DNA from: Podarcis cretensis
Lineage: Eukaryota
Reading direction: 5' to 3'
DNA length: 64,000 nt
Assembly: GCA_951804945.1 (NCBI GenBank)
Contig: OX638162.1
Span: 36,332,001-36,396,000 of the forward strand
Notes under the pieces: generated by a model
Told to the model about the DNA's origin: nothing
What the model saw: only the letters and a program-made list of their open reading frames with translations
Database searches by the model: none
Shown: one piece after another, positions 45,601-57,600 of the stretch
Numbering within the stretch: the first letter of the stretch is position 1
Layout: every line of letters starts with the position of its first letter
Made by a program: the position numbers and the translations under genes

Positions 45601-48600
45601 AGAAATTTTGTGCATCTAGGAGAGAGTTTCTGGCATATTGTTTTGGTATGCCTATGTGTGCTATGTGCATTTCACAAGACTTCACAATAGAAGACTTCCC
45701 AAGTGACTCTTTTGTGCTGTATTTGGTTGAAACAACCTCCCTCTCCTGCCAGAAACAGGAAGAAGTCAGTATGCATGTTTTTATAGTGTATATTTCCCTA
45801 AAACACCTGATTGTAGGCTTCTGGGAAGAAACTGAATAAGTTGACCATTTAAAAAAAAATTAATGCATAAATATTTGACTGAAACATTTCTTTTTAACCA
45901 AGTAATAGTTATGGCTTGTGGGCCCAGTTATGTCCACCAAGCCTCTCCTTTTGGCTTGAGAGACCATTTTAGCCAAGCCACAGCCACCTGCCCTGAATGT
46001 GATGTCATATACAATGTCAGTGTGAGGCAGGTAAATTCATATATTGCTGCTGAAACTCTGTTTACGTGTGCAATTTGATTGCAAACTGTTGCCTCACAAT
46101 TCAACTTTCTGTTTATTTTTGTTTATTTTTAAAGGCAAGTTTCTAGTAGAAATATTCTTGAATGTATGTGTCTGTGAATCTTGAGAAATCTTAACTCTTG
46201 AGGGTTTGCTGAATAAGACATTCAGAGTTAGATATACGGCTTTAGTGCTATGCTTGCCTTCGTATTCTTCCCCATAGTTCCCTTTTTCAGAATAAGGAGA
46301 CAGGTGCTATTCATACAGCTTTCCTTGATGCAGAATTGAGTTACCTCTACGCCTGGGCAACGGTGGGTAGGTGGGCTGCACACTGCTGGTCCACGCTCCC
46401 GCGCTGCTTCGGGGGGGGGGGAGCTGCACCGCTTTGCCGGCAGCCACCCCCCCTTCCCACTTCCATAGGAGGCTTGGGAGCGGTGGGCAGGTGGTGCGGC
46501 GCTGCCCCACACTCCCGGACTGCTTCCTGGTATAAGCTCCTGGTATAAGCACTGGGAATACCCAACGCTGAACATGACTATAACCAACTTTAATAAGTGA
46601 ACGGGCATTTTTGGTTTTAAAATAAAAGGAAAAAGCTCTCATTCTGGTGACTTATGGCTGCTGTTTGTAGAAGGAATAGTGCCAGAATGGTCATATACAT
46701 GGCCTAGTTCATAATATCTTCCCCAATTTTGGAACAAAAGGGCACAACTGTGATGCCAAAACAAGGAAAGGAGTTAATCCGTACACATTCTCAGTGCCCA
46801 GCCTCCTAACTAAGGCTGCTTTGTGCCTAGCTGCTTACCCATAAGTAAGCTCAATTTAATTCATTAGGACTTATTTCTGAGTAGGTCTGGCTAGCATTGC
46901 ACTGTATATTATTAATAATATGTTTTGTCTGCAAGCTTAAATATTTGTGTGTGTGGATATGTTAAGTCAGGATAAACTGCTTTAAAACACTGAAGTCTGA
47001 AATCAATAGTAGCATAATTCTACTAGGACCAAATCAAGTCATAGAAGAAATGAATTGAAGCTTTTTTGAGTTCATAACTTTTATCAGGCTGGGTGAGTAG
47101 GGATTGTGAGGAAGACAGATGTAATAGTTACTTGGCATAATGGAGAGCCCAGTTTGTGGTAATAGTTGAAGATTGAATGGAGGATAGATTGCACAGGTTG
47201 CTCACTGGGGCAAGAAAGTCTGCGCATATAACCATTCTGGCCTGACAGCGCTGATTATGAGTTAATTTCCAGGCACAATTCAAAGTGCTGGTTTTGACCT
47301 ATAAAGTCTTAGGTGCCCCCCCCCCCAACTGACCCAGACCCTGCAATCATCATCTGAGGCCCTTCTTTTTGGGCCCCTCCACAGGCGTTCTGGAAGATGT
47401 CAATATGGGAAAGGGTCTTTTCATTGGGTTAGCTCTCTGCTAGTGGAATGCTTGCTCAGGGCAGGTTTGCCTAGCACCATTGTTGCATATCCTTAAGTGC
47501 TATGCAAAAACATACCTTTTTAATCATTTGGATTTTAACTCCCAGTGGCCTTTTTGTTTTGGTGAGATGTTTTAATGTAGAGGGTTATTTTCCAGTGCTG
47601 GTTTTAATGTATCTATGTGTTTGGCTTTTTGCTTAAAATATTCTAACTCGCTTTGAGTTGCTGTGGCAAAAAAAAAAAAATGACTAATAAACTTCATAGA
47701 TAATAATAAAAGAAAACCCTTTTTTTACTTAGACTTTTGGTTCTAAGAAACAAATTACTCTACAATTGCTTTGGGATTCCCTTTTTCTAATGGACCAAAA
47801 TTTCTTCCCACATTGTTTTGTCTACTAAAACTGCATACTGTTCCTTGGTGCTTAAAAGTCAGGTGGAATGTGATTTTATTGAGGCGACAACTTCTTTAAA
47901 CAATGGTTTTTGCAACTCCACTGGAATTCTGTAGATAGAAATTGATTTCTCTTATAAAATGATATGCATGGATTCTGATTTTTTGTTTATGTGACAGAAG
48001 TTGTAAAGTTAATAGATTACATATAGCAAGATACCTACTGAGAAGGAGAAATGTCATTTAAAACATGTCATTAGGAACAAAGTCTAGGACTTGAAATATC
48101 AGAAATGCTATAGAAATGCATATAAAAGAAAATAGAAGAGGTGAATAAGTTCCCCTTCATTCTATAATAGTTGATTTCTGCTAAAGACAGGTGTTCTTCC
48201 TAATTCAGCTAGGTGCTGCTAAGGAATCAGAGTTTTGCACAGGTATCCTAGTTGGACAACTAACTGAAGAACAAAAACAAAACAAAAAGCACCATCCCGC
48301 TCAGTTGTTTGGGAGTTGAAAGTTTGGCAGTGTGAGGGGTATCACCAGATTGAATCAAGAAAACCAAAGCAAAACCTTAATAGCTTAATTTACCCAATTC
48401 ATTATATGCAAAATAGCTCTTAGTCAGAAGTGACTTCTGATTTCCCTAGTGATTTCCTTGAACACAGAAGACACTCTCACATTGAAAACCAGCAGTGGCA
48501 TCTGAGGAAGAACTATTCTGCTTGAAAAACATCAGGCACAAACATGTTTGAGATGTGGTTTGTTAACAAGTAAACTGCTTTTTCAGCACCTTGGGTTCAC

Positions 48601-51600
48601 CTCTAATTGAGGAGGTATGGGAGGGAATGCTTACAAATAGCTGAAGCAGTATAAAGTTAGCTAAGAAGAGGATTTGCTGTGGGCGCTAGGTAGTATGCCA
48701 CTTGTGAAAGTATATATGTTCCAAGGAAGGCTCTTAGAATACGGGGGTGGGGGGACAAAGTATTCAGGTTTTGTTCACACATCTTGCTTGGAAGGGCTGC
48801 CAATAACCTCTGGGAGCAATATGACTAGAAAATACCATTTTGATTTCTCTTTTATTAGTGCTTGGATTAAAGTGGAGCAGCTGAAACCTTATCATGCCCA
48901 CAAAGAGGAAATGATCAAAATTAACAAAGGCAAGAGGTTCCAGCAAGCTGTGGATGCTGTGGAAGAATTCCTCAAAAAAGGCAAAGGCAAGGACCAGGTG
49001 AGTGTCCTTTCACTTAGTTTTGCCTCCTGACACCGTTCCCTGGAATAATGAATGAAATGCTTCCGTTTTTACTTTATTGCCAGGTAGGTGTGACAGACTA
49101 TGTCTCAAGAATTATACTATGGAACAGTGATTAGGATCACATTTAAAGTTGTAAAGCAGTTAAGTTTCACAATTCTGTCACCTCTCTGACTTCCTTAAAG
49201 TGAAGAATGACAAAAGGATCGGCTGGATCTCCTTACAGCGTTGGAATGTGTTTACTATGTACTCTGGAGTTAGAACTTTTTTCCCCTTATAAAGTAGGTG
49301 TCTGCCTAGAACACACAGCTGTGCTTTGCCTCTCCTTGTCTGTTCTAAATAGTAGCTTGAACCTGCTAAAACCCTGAGTTCAGGGTCCTTGGCATTCTTC
49401 AGATATCTGGCAAAACTCATGTTTGGATTTTGTGAGTTTGGGGACAACAAAATCCATGCCAGCTCTTGCCCCTTCTTTTCCTCATCCTCTCTGTTCTGTA
49501 ATCTCTCAGGCTTCTCATAACTCCACCGAAGAGAAGAATCGGCGGAATTCGAGTGAAGAGAGGGGCAAGCAGTCAGTGGGAGAAGAGAAACACAAAGCCA
49601 ATTTGTCTGAAGGGAAGCCGAAGAAGAGGGTGTCTTCCGTTTCTTCAGAGCGAGGCTCAAAATCCCCTCTGAAGAGAACGTATGAGCAAAGCCCCCGGAA
49701 GCGAGGGCGCCCCCCTAAAGATGAGAAGGTTTGTGTTTTGCATCTCCTCCCATGCTCTGTGAGCTTGTCCAGATGGAATGTAACCTTAACAGCCAACCAG
49801 ATGACTTCATTGTTGTGGCCATTTGAAAAGTTGCATGTGTTAACTGTTCAAGGGTCCACCAGGCAATTCCTTTATTCCTCAGCCATAATCATTTATATTA
49901 GTTGGCTCTTCCAAAGTGCTCAGCTTTAGAAGTTTCATGGAGTGGCTCCTCCCTGGGAAATCCAACGAGATAACACCATTTTTCCATCTTGTGCACGCTA
50001 ACCAAGGAAAAGGAGCACAGTTTCACCGTCAGTAGCGGTATGTGTTAACATCTCCATCTCATTTGTACGTTTGGTCAGATGACAGCCCTTTCCATCTCAT
50101 CCTTTCTCCGGTGCAGTCAGGCTGGAAAAGGGCCAGTTGCCTTGATAGACGGGCATGAAGAAAGCTTCTAGAAGTGGATGACGCAGCCAGAAGACGTCCG
50201 TTTCTATGCATTCCTAATTCTTTGCCAGCCTTTGATTCCTCATCCCCCGTTGTGGTCTGTCCCATCCTTGGACACTTGACAGATGTTAACTAGCAGAATG
50301 TGGCCACCTCTATCTATTCAAGAAAGTTGGAATCTCCTGCTCTGGTGGTTGATGTTACCTACTTCAATTCTTACCAGTTGAATGGATTACTATAATGCTA
50401 ATGCTCCACGAGGCTGAATGTGAATGCCACTAAGAAGCATAAGACAGGATTACTAATCAGCTAAGATTTACTAGAATTGCATTCCACTCATTTTCAGTTG
50501 AATGGTACAAAGTGCTTCCCTCTTTCTCGCTGCCATCTTTTATTAGGTCACAGTTGTGACTCTCATCTTTACTAGTTTGAGATTTAGATTTCTGCAGTCT
50601 GGGAAAACCATTATTGATACTTTATTGGTGACTGACCAGATCCCTGCGTTTAGATGTGATGAACTGCTTGCAAGTAGGATTTTCCCTGAGATTTTATTTT
50701 AGGTTATACATTTCCAAAACAGTTGGCTTGAGGGTGTGCATATTTGCTAACTTGTTCTTTTGGAGAGTGTATCAGTACAGTGGAACCTCGAGTTGCAAAC
50801 ATGATCCGTGTGGGAGGCACATTTGCAACCCGCAGCACCACCTCTGCACACGTGCACGACGTGATTCAGCGCTTCTGTGTATGCGCAAAGTGCGGTTTTG
50901 GTGTTTCTGTGTGTGCGTGAGCACCGAAATCTGGAAGTAACCGTTACGGTACTTCCGGGTTTGGCGCGTCCGTAACTCGAAAACGTACAACCCACAGCGT
51001 TCACAACCTGAGGTATGACTGTAGTACATTTAGCCCTTTGAATTTCAGAAGCATACTAAGTCACTGGCTGAATACCAGGTGAGGGGGGTGTCCCTTTTTA
51101 CATGGTTGATTGCAGAAAAGTTGGCAGTTATGCATGGATTTTCTGGCTGATGGAGCAGCAGCATCAAGAAGTTTGGAAAGAAAAGAGGCTACTGAAAGCA
51201 ACAGACTTCTTGATGATGCTGCTCATTCAACAACCACTGCTGCATACTCTCTTGCCCATTGAAGAATATTCAGTAATTTTTCAAAATGTAATCATCGAAA
51301 GAGAGTGGGAGCCCAGTTCCAGTGGAGGAGAGCCCTGCTTTTGTAAGAATGGCTGTTGGACCAGGCTTTGTATAGATAGCACTGGCTGTGACAGTCCAAG
51401 TCCTCTTGGCAACTGAAATGGTCCTGGTTTGTCACTGTTGTGGAATCTCACTCTGCTTAAAATCAAAAGGGATTGCAAGCTGCTGTAGAAGATGACTAGA
51501 AAACATCTCACTGAGAGGTCTTTTAATCTGTGCACTAAATGGACACTTGTTGGTTGGTTGGTTTGGCCTTTTACTTAAAATGTGGTGGAGATGGGAGGTT

Positions 51601-54600
51601 TAATGTAGGAGGGTAGTAGAGTTATTGTTGTCACCAGATTCCAAAGATGGTGATGGGATAAAATGCTCCCTAGATTATGATGAGGCTGTGCCAACTCCCT
51701 CTACACCTTCAGGTGGCTGTTGTAAAATAATTTATACCCACCTTTCAATCCCTACAGATGTCTTTCAAGGTGATAGCTCAATGGGTAGAACGTATGACTC
51801 TTAATCTCAGGGTCGTGAGTTCAACCCCTACACTGGGGAGAAACTTCCTACAGTGCAGGTGGTTGAACTAGATGGCCCTTCGGGTCCCTTCCAACTCTAC
51901 AATTCTGTGACACCAGTCATCACATCACATCCACACACAATGTTTAGAGGTTGCAGAGCAGTATTGGATGACTCTTGGTCGCTCTTTGTTTATATTCAAG
52001 AGATCCAGTATCATATACATGCATTTTACATGGTACGCAAATACATGGTGGTTCCAGGGGTAGGAGATGAAAATGATTGTTCCTGATCATAGGTTTGGAA
52101 GGAATGGGAAGGTTCTGCTATCATTCAGGGTAATCTCTCTACCGCCCTATCCAAAGCAGCATCTACAGTCCAGCCCCCCATGTATATGTAATATACAAAA
52201 TACTTATATACATACAAACTGAAGGAATTTACTGCAGAGTGGATAGAACCAGATGGCACAGGCTTGAGAAGACAAGCAAGGGCATCTTTACCATCAACTT
52301 GACACATGTTCGCTCAAAAGTAATTTCCACCAAGTTCACTTCATTTTAGGTAACTACTGTATGTGTAGGATTGTAACCATCTAAATCCAGCATTTGTTTA
52401 GCAAAAGATAAGTTCCTATTATGTGACTGGGTGGCTATTTTGTTACTCTTGCAACTCTTACACCAAAGGGATTTAATACTTAATAAGGGTTGCCAATGTG
52501 TGGACTTGGCCCAGCTGAAGATTGATGGTAGAGTTGTAAGAACTACCATATAAAAAGAATAGTGGCTTAGAATAGCCAAGGTTGATAATATGAATCATAA
52601 TGTTTTGGTCTGTTGAAAAACCTAAAAATCTTAGCCAGATCATTTATTAAAATAGAAAGCAAAAAGTGGTGGTGCTTAGAAGACATGCAGTGAAAATTGG
52701 CCAAGATTCCAAAACCAGTAAAGATTTTGTCTTTTGTTCATCGCTTTCCTTCTCCCTCAGCAGTAGATATAGATTAGAGTGTAATGTGCTTTTGGCACAA
52801 TTCTTCATTCCAGAAATTGGGACCCGTTAAGAAGAAACTAGGTTAGAGGTGAAGGGTGGGTTCTGTTTGAGTCAAGGAAAGGGATGCAAATTGATGTTTA
52901 TATATATATAAAACAAGAGGTTACTGTGTTCTCAGTACCTTTCTCCATGACAATAATGGCAGAGAGAAATAAGATAAGATGAGGGAATCCTTCTTGGAAA
53001 TAAATGTCATCCTGGCTTGTGAAATTTGCTGGATATCATGTATTGAATCATTGTCATGTGCATTGATTATGTTACGTTCACGATGTTAAACACACCTAAT
53101 AGGGTGTAAGTCTTAGTGAACCTGGGGGTGGGGTGGGAACTTGCTTCCAAGTTTACAATAGGATCTTGCTGCATGGATTATTGCTTGATTGCTTTGAGTC
53201 ACCTTGAAGCTGCTAAAAGTCCTTGCTTATTTTGGTTAATTTGCTTTTATTGGATTTATTGTCCATGCCACCCACCCCAAGTTCCTAGATATAACAGAAA
53301 TTAAATCAAATCAATAAATTAACCCATTTTTAAAAAATACTGTACGTTACCAGAATTCAAATTATCTCTGGTCTCATTTAACACTACCCATTAAAAGCTG
53401 GCCCCAATAAATTATTACTTGCCCAACTTTCACCAAATACTATAAGCTCAGACCTTGGGAAAGAGAACACTTCTCTGTCCTCTGTGTATAGAATACAGAT
53501 GGACCCTTCCTCACCATTCATTCCTTTCCTTTTTTGCACATGAGAGATGACACTCTCCTAACCAGCCCAGCCATTTGCTCCTAGCGCAAACCCCTTTCTT
53601 CCACTGAGTTTTTCATATGCCATTTTGCAAGCACGTTCTACTACTTGATTTTGGAAGTTGTATTCCTTTGTAAGAGCAACATTTTCCAAAGAATGATTGG
53701 GGATGTGGAAGAGGAAAATATGCTTCATTATATTTGCTACATATTCATTTAGCTGCTATTCAAATATCCTGCGCACAGAGTTTTGGGATTCTGTCCGTAA
53801 ACTTTGTTCTTATTCAATCTCCTCCTTGCTTCACAGGATCTGACAATCCCTGAATCAAGCACAGTGAAGAGAATGATGACTGGCACCATGGCTGGCTTTA
53901 AATGGCCACCGAGTGTAAGCGAGGTGATTTAATTCTTTGTCTTTTCCTCAGTGGAAAAAATTCTAGCATTTCTGCTGTTGTACGAAGCACAGAGGGGTGG
54001 AACACAGTAATCCTCTACTTTGCATACATCAGAGGTTCTTAATGGAAGGCTTGGTTCCCCATATTTTGTGCAAGAGACCCTTTCCTTCCTTGCTCTTCCA
54101 TTTCCAGTCCTCTCTGTGCATGACTTGCATCATGCCCCTTTTCCAGTTTCAAATACTCACCTCTTGTATTACTTCATCTCCTCTCTCTTACTGTCCCTAT
54201 TCCTGTACCCATCTCTGCATTGCCCTGGTTACTGTCTGTTTCATATGGGCGAAGGGAAACAAGAGGAGGAGCCACTGGGCTCGTTCTAAAATAACACTAA
54301 ACCATGGTTTAGCATGAACTGAAACAAACCTGAATAAAGCCTTTTACTCACCATCAGCCAAGAGAAGGATTTCTGCAGCATTTAGATTTGCTTCCATTGA
54401 AACCTGGCTATTATGTGCAAACCAGGCATTGTGGTTTAAAGATGTTTTGGTCAGCTTCTGAGCAAACCAACTACTAACCGTGGATTATGAAGCTGGCTTG
54501 CTCAATTTAACCAAAGCTTGTTTTAAACCACAGTTATATTGTGAAGACAAGTTAGATTTCAAATCTATAGAAGGCCTCCTGGTTGCATGGGAGAAGATGA

Positions 54601-57600
54601 TTTGCCATTGCTCATTCCAGCACATGTACATAGTACCAAACCATAGTTTACGGTTGCATACATACCAGCCCACTGTAGAAGAGGCGTTACTTTTCCATGC
54701 ATTAGTGCTTTAAGTTGGGTCGCCTGGTGCCATGGTGATGTCAGGTGATTGACAGTTGTGTAGCCCTGTTTACCTATCAAAATGGTCTGGGTGTGTGTGT
54801 GTGAGGAGCTTGGGATCTGGTCATTCCTCATTGCTGACAAAACCCATTCTGCAGTCTTTCAGTCTTAAGATGACAATAGTAGTCTTCATCTAATAGCCTA
54901 GTTCAATTAGTCTAAGAGCTATGCCTTAGCTTCTTAAAACATTTTAAAATTAAATGAATATAAATAATAAAAATATTTTTATATAAGTCATTTCTTAGGT
55001 CAGCTCTTTAAAATGGTTTAAATCACATACCATGAACAGTGCATTTACTTGTATTTAAAGGTCTCAGATTACTATTGCACGAGGCATGCCAGGCCTGAGA
55101 AGCAAGCTATAAGCATGTCCTTATATATGTTTACTCAAAAGCAAGGCCCATCAATTTCAGTAAGGCTCATTCCCTGTTTACTTACTTGTAAAGTGTTCTC
55201 TGAGAAACTCACTTTGGAAATACACAAAAAAAGCTGTTACGTTATGAACATAGTGGCTGAAATGCAAAAATATAACTTGTGAACATGAACAGATATGTTC
55301 CTGTCTTTCATCACCAGGTGGTAATCATAAATAGCTTCCATATTTTGGGGGTTTGGGAAATGGGGATGAGACCCACAAAGTGAAGCAATGCAGAGCAAGA
55401 CATCGCTCTTCTCCTCCCCAGAAACACTAGCATGCTCAACTTCAAATTTCCTATCCTCTCCCACCCCTTAGACTCCAATGTTATGCAGTTATAGTAAAGA
55501 ATGACCCCTCACACTACCAGGCAAACTCCATGCAACACAGAAGTCATGCAGGTCTGTCTTAGAAAGAAAGGAGAAAAGAATCCAAAGGCAAACACACATC
55601 ATGTTCAGAATTTGCTTTTTGCGTAGCTCAGCATGTTCATTGTTGCCTCTTTGATCTTTGAAATGCAATACTCATAAGCTATGAGGTAAGGGTAGAAGCT
55701 TAGCAGCACAGGTGATTGTCTGGGGCTCCAGGTCTACTACTTTACAGCCCTCTGGCAGCAGTGAGGAGGCAGCAGGACTTCCTATAAAGAATGCAGCAGT
55801 TGGCAAAGTTGGTAGGGCAGGGTTAGTCAATGTGGTGCCCTCCACTGTTGCTGAACTCCCATCAGCCCCAGCCAGCATAACCACTGGTGAGGGATGAAGG
55901 GTGTTACAGTCTAACAATGCCTGGAGGGGCGGGCACCACATGGGCTACTCCTGTACTAGGTCCAACAGCAGAAAGGGGATAGAACTCATGGAATTGTTGG
56001 CTGATAGAAGTCTTGTCACGTGATTCTCCCTGCAATTTCCCCTCCCCTCCTACCCTTCATTGCTCAGTTCTGAGGGCCAAACTACACAAAAAGTTAAATA
56101 CATCTTTGCATTTGGCTTGCAGGGTTTTTAAATACAAATTTCGTTCCAAACCAAATTTTATTTATCACAATTATCTGTTTGCTTGTTTGTTTGTTATTAG
56201 TCAGATTTGTATACCGTCCTTCATCCGAAGATCACAGGGTGGTTCACAACATAAAAACACAAAATGTGAACCCAAAATATATAATAAAACAAAAACAAAC
56301 CAGTAATCTCCCACCTGCAAATACATTTAAACAGCCATAGAATGTTAAGCAGCCAAAGACGTGGTTATAGAGAAACATTTTTGCCTGGCGTCTGCAGATA
56401 GGTAATGAAGGCATTCCACAAACTGGGAGCCACCACAGGAAAGGCCCATTTTTGTGTTTCCACCCTCTGGTCCTTTCGTGGAGGAAGCACACAAAGAAGG
56501 GCTTCAGAGGATGATCTCTGTATCTGGGCTGGTTCATATGGAAAGAGGCAGTGATGACGAACATCAAAACCTATTACACTGTTAACGCAATACCAATTGA
56601 ATCTTGTCTTTCTCTCTGTTGTGTGGACCATTGGTAGAAAATATAAGGAGGGGTAAGGATGATTAGACCAATTATTAGTTGAAGAGTTGATAGTGGCTGG
56701 TGCCAAGAGGCAGAAGATAAAAAAAGTAGTCAAAGTAGTTTCTGAGATATCACTTTAGTTTGGTTTATGGAGTTGGCAAACTGTGTCCCTCACCGTTTAA
56801 TATTTATCAGAAACATTTCACTTAAATTGATGATTTCCATCTAACATGAACATGCTCTTAGAATGGGTAGTGCTTAACTGATTTATTTAAAGCAGTAATA
56901 AACCGCTCTTCAGACAAAAAAAAAAAGGCTTCCTAAGTGACTTATTTTTTTATTAAAAAAAAAGATTTGAGAGCACAGACCTGTAGCAGAAGTAAATTGC
57001 TTGCTGCTTAATAGTGTGTTTAGGATTGCAACTTAGAAACCAATACATTCAGATGAGTCCTGTTTTTAAACGGAAAGTGCTTTTATGGGATATATCACAA
57101 GCTTAAATATATCCCAAGGAGTCATTCTCAAGCAGCCTCCTATAATGTTGCCATGGGTGGCTTTCACTGAAGAGGCTACTGTGTGTATTATGTCCTGGAA
57201 ATTACTTTCCTTCTCCTGCCAATTCTTTCTGAGCTGAACTCCCCAGCCTGCCTCTCCTGGACTCTCTTAATTCCCACCTCTATTACCAAGCATAATGATA
57301 ACTTCTTGACACACATCCTGTATTAGGTACAGAGATAAAAACAAGACTCTTGCTAGTCTGTGGCAGACATCAAGGAGTCTCCTCAGAATTGAGAAAGTGA
57401 CGACCCATTAAAATGTGTGTGGAGGCTTTTCAGACTTGAAGTTTGGTTGCCTTGGTTTCTAAGTTTGCCTCTTTGCAATTGCAGCCTGTGAAAGATGGCG
57501 ACCCTCATTTCCATCACTTCCTGCTTAGCCAGACAGAGAAGGTGAGCAATAGGTTTGGCTGATGAGTTCATTGCTTGTGGCACTTCAGGAGTTGAAGTCT

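Noticed and set aside
51768-51840. tRNA-Lys-like sequence as a functional tRNA gene
   Set aside because: Acceptor, D and T stems are degenerate and it runs directly into a CR1-type tail, so it is a SINE head.
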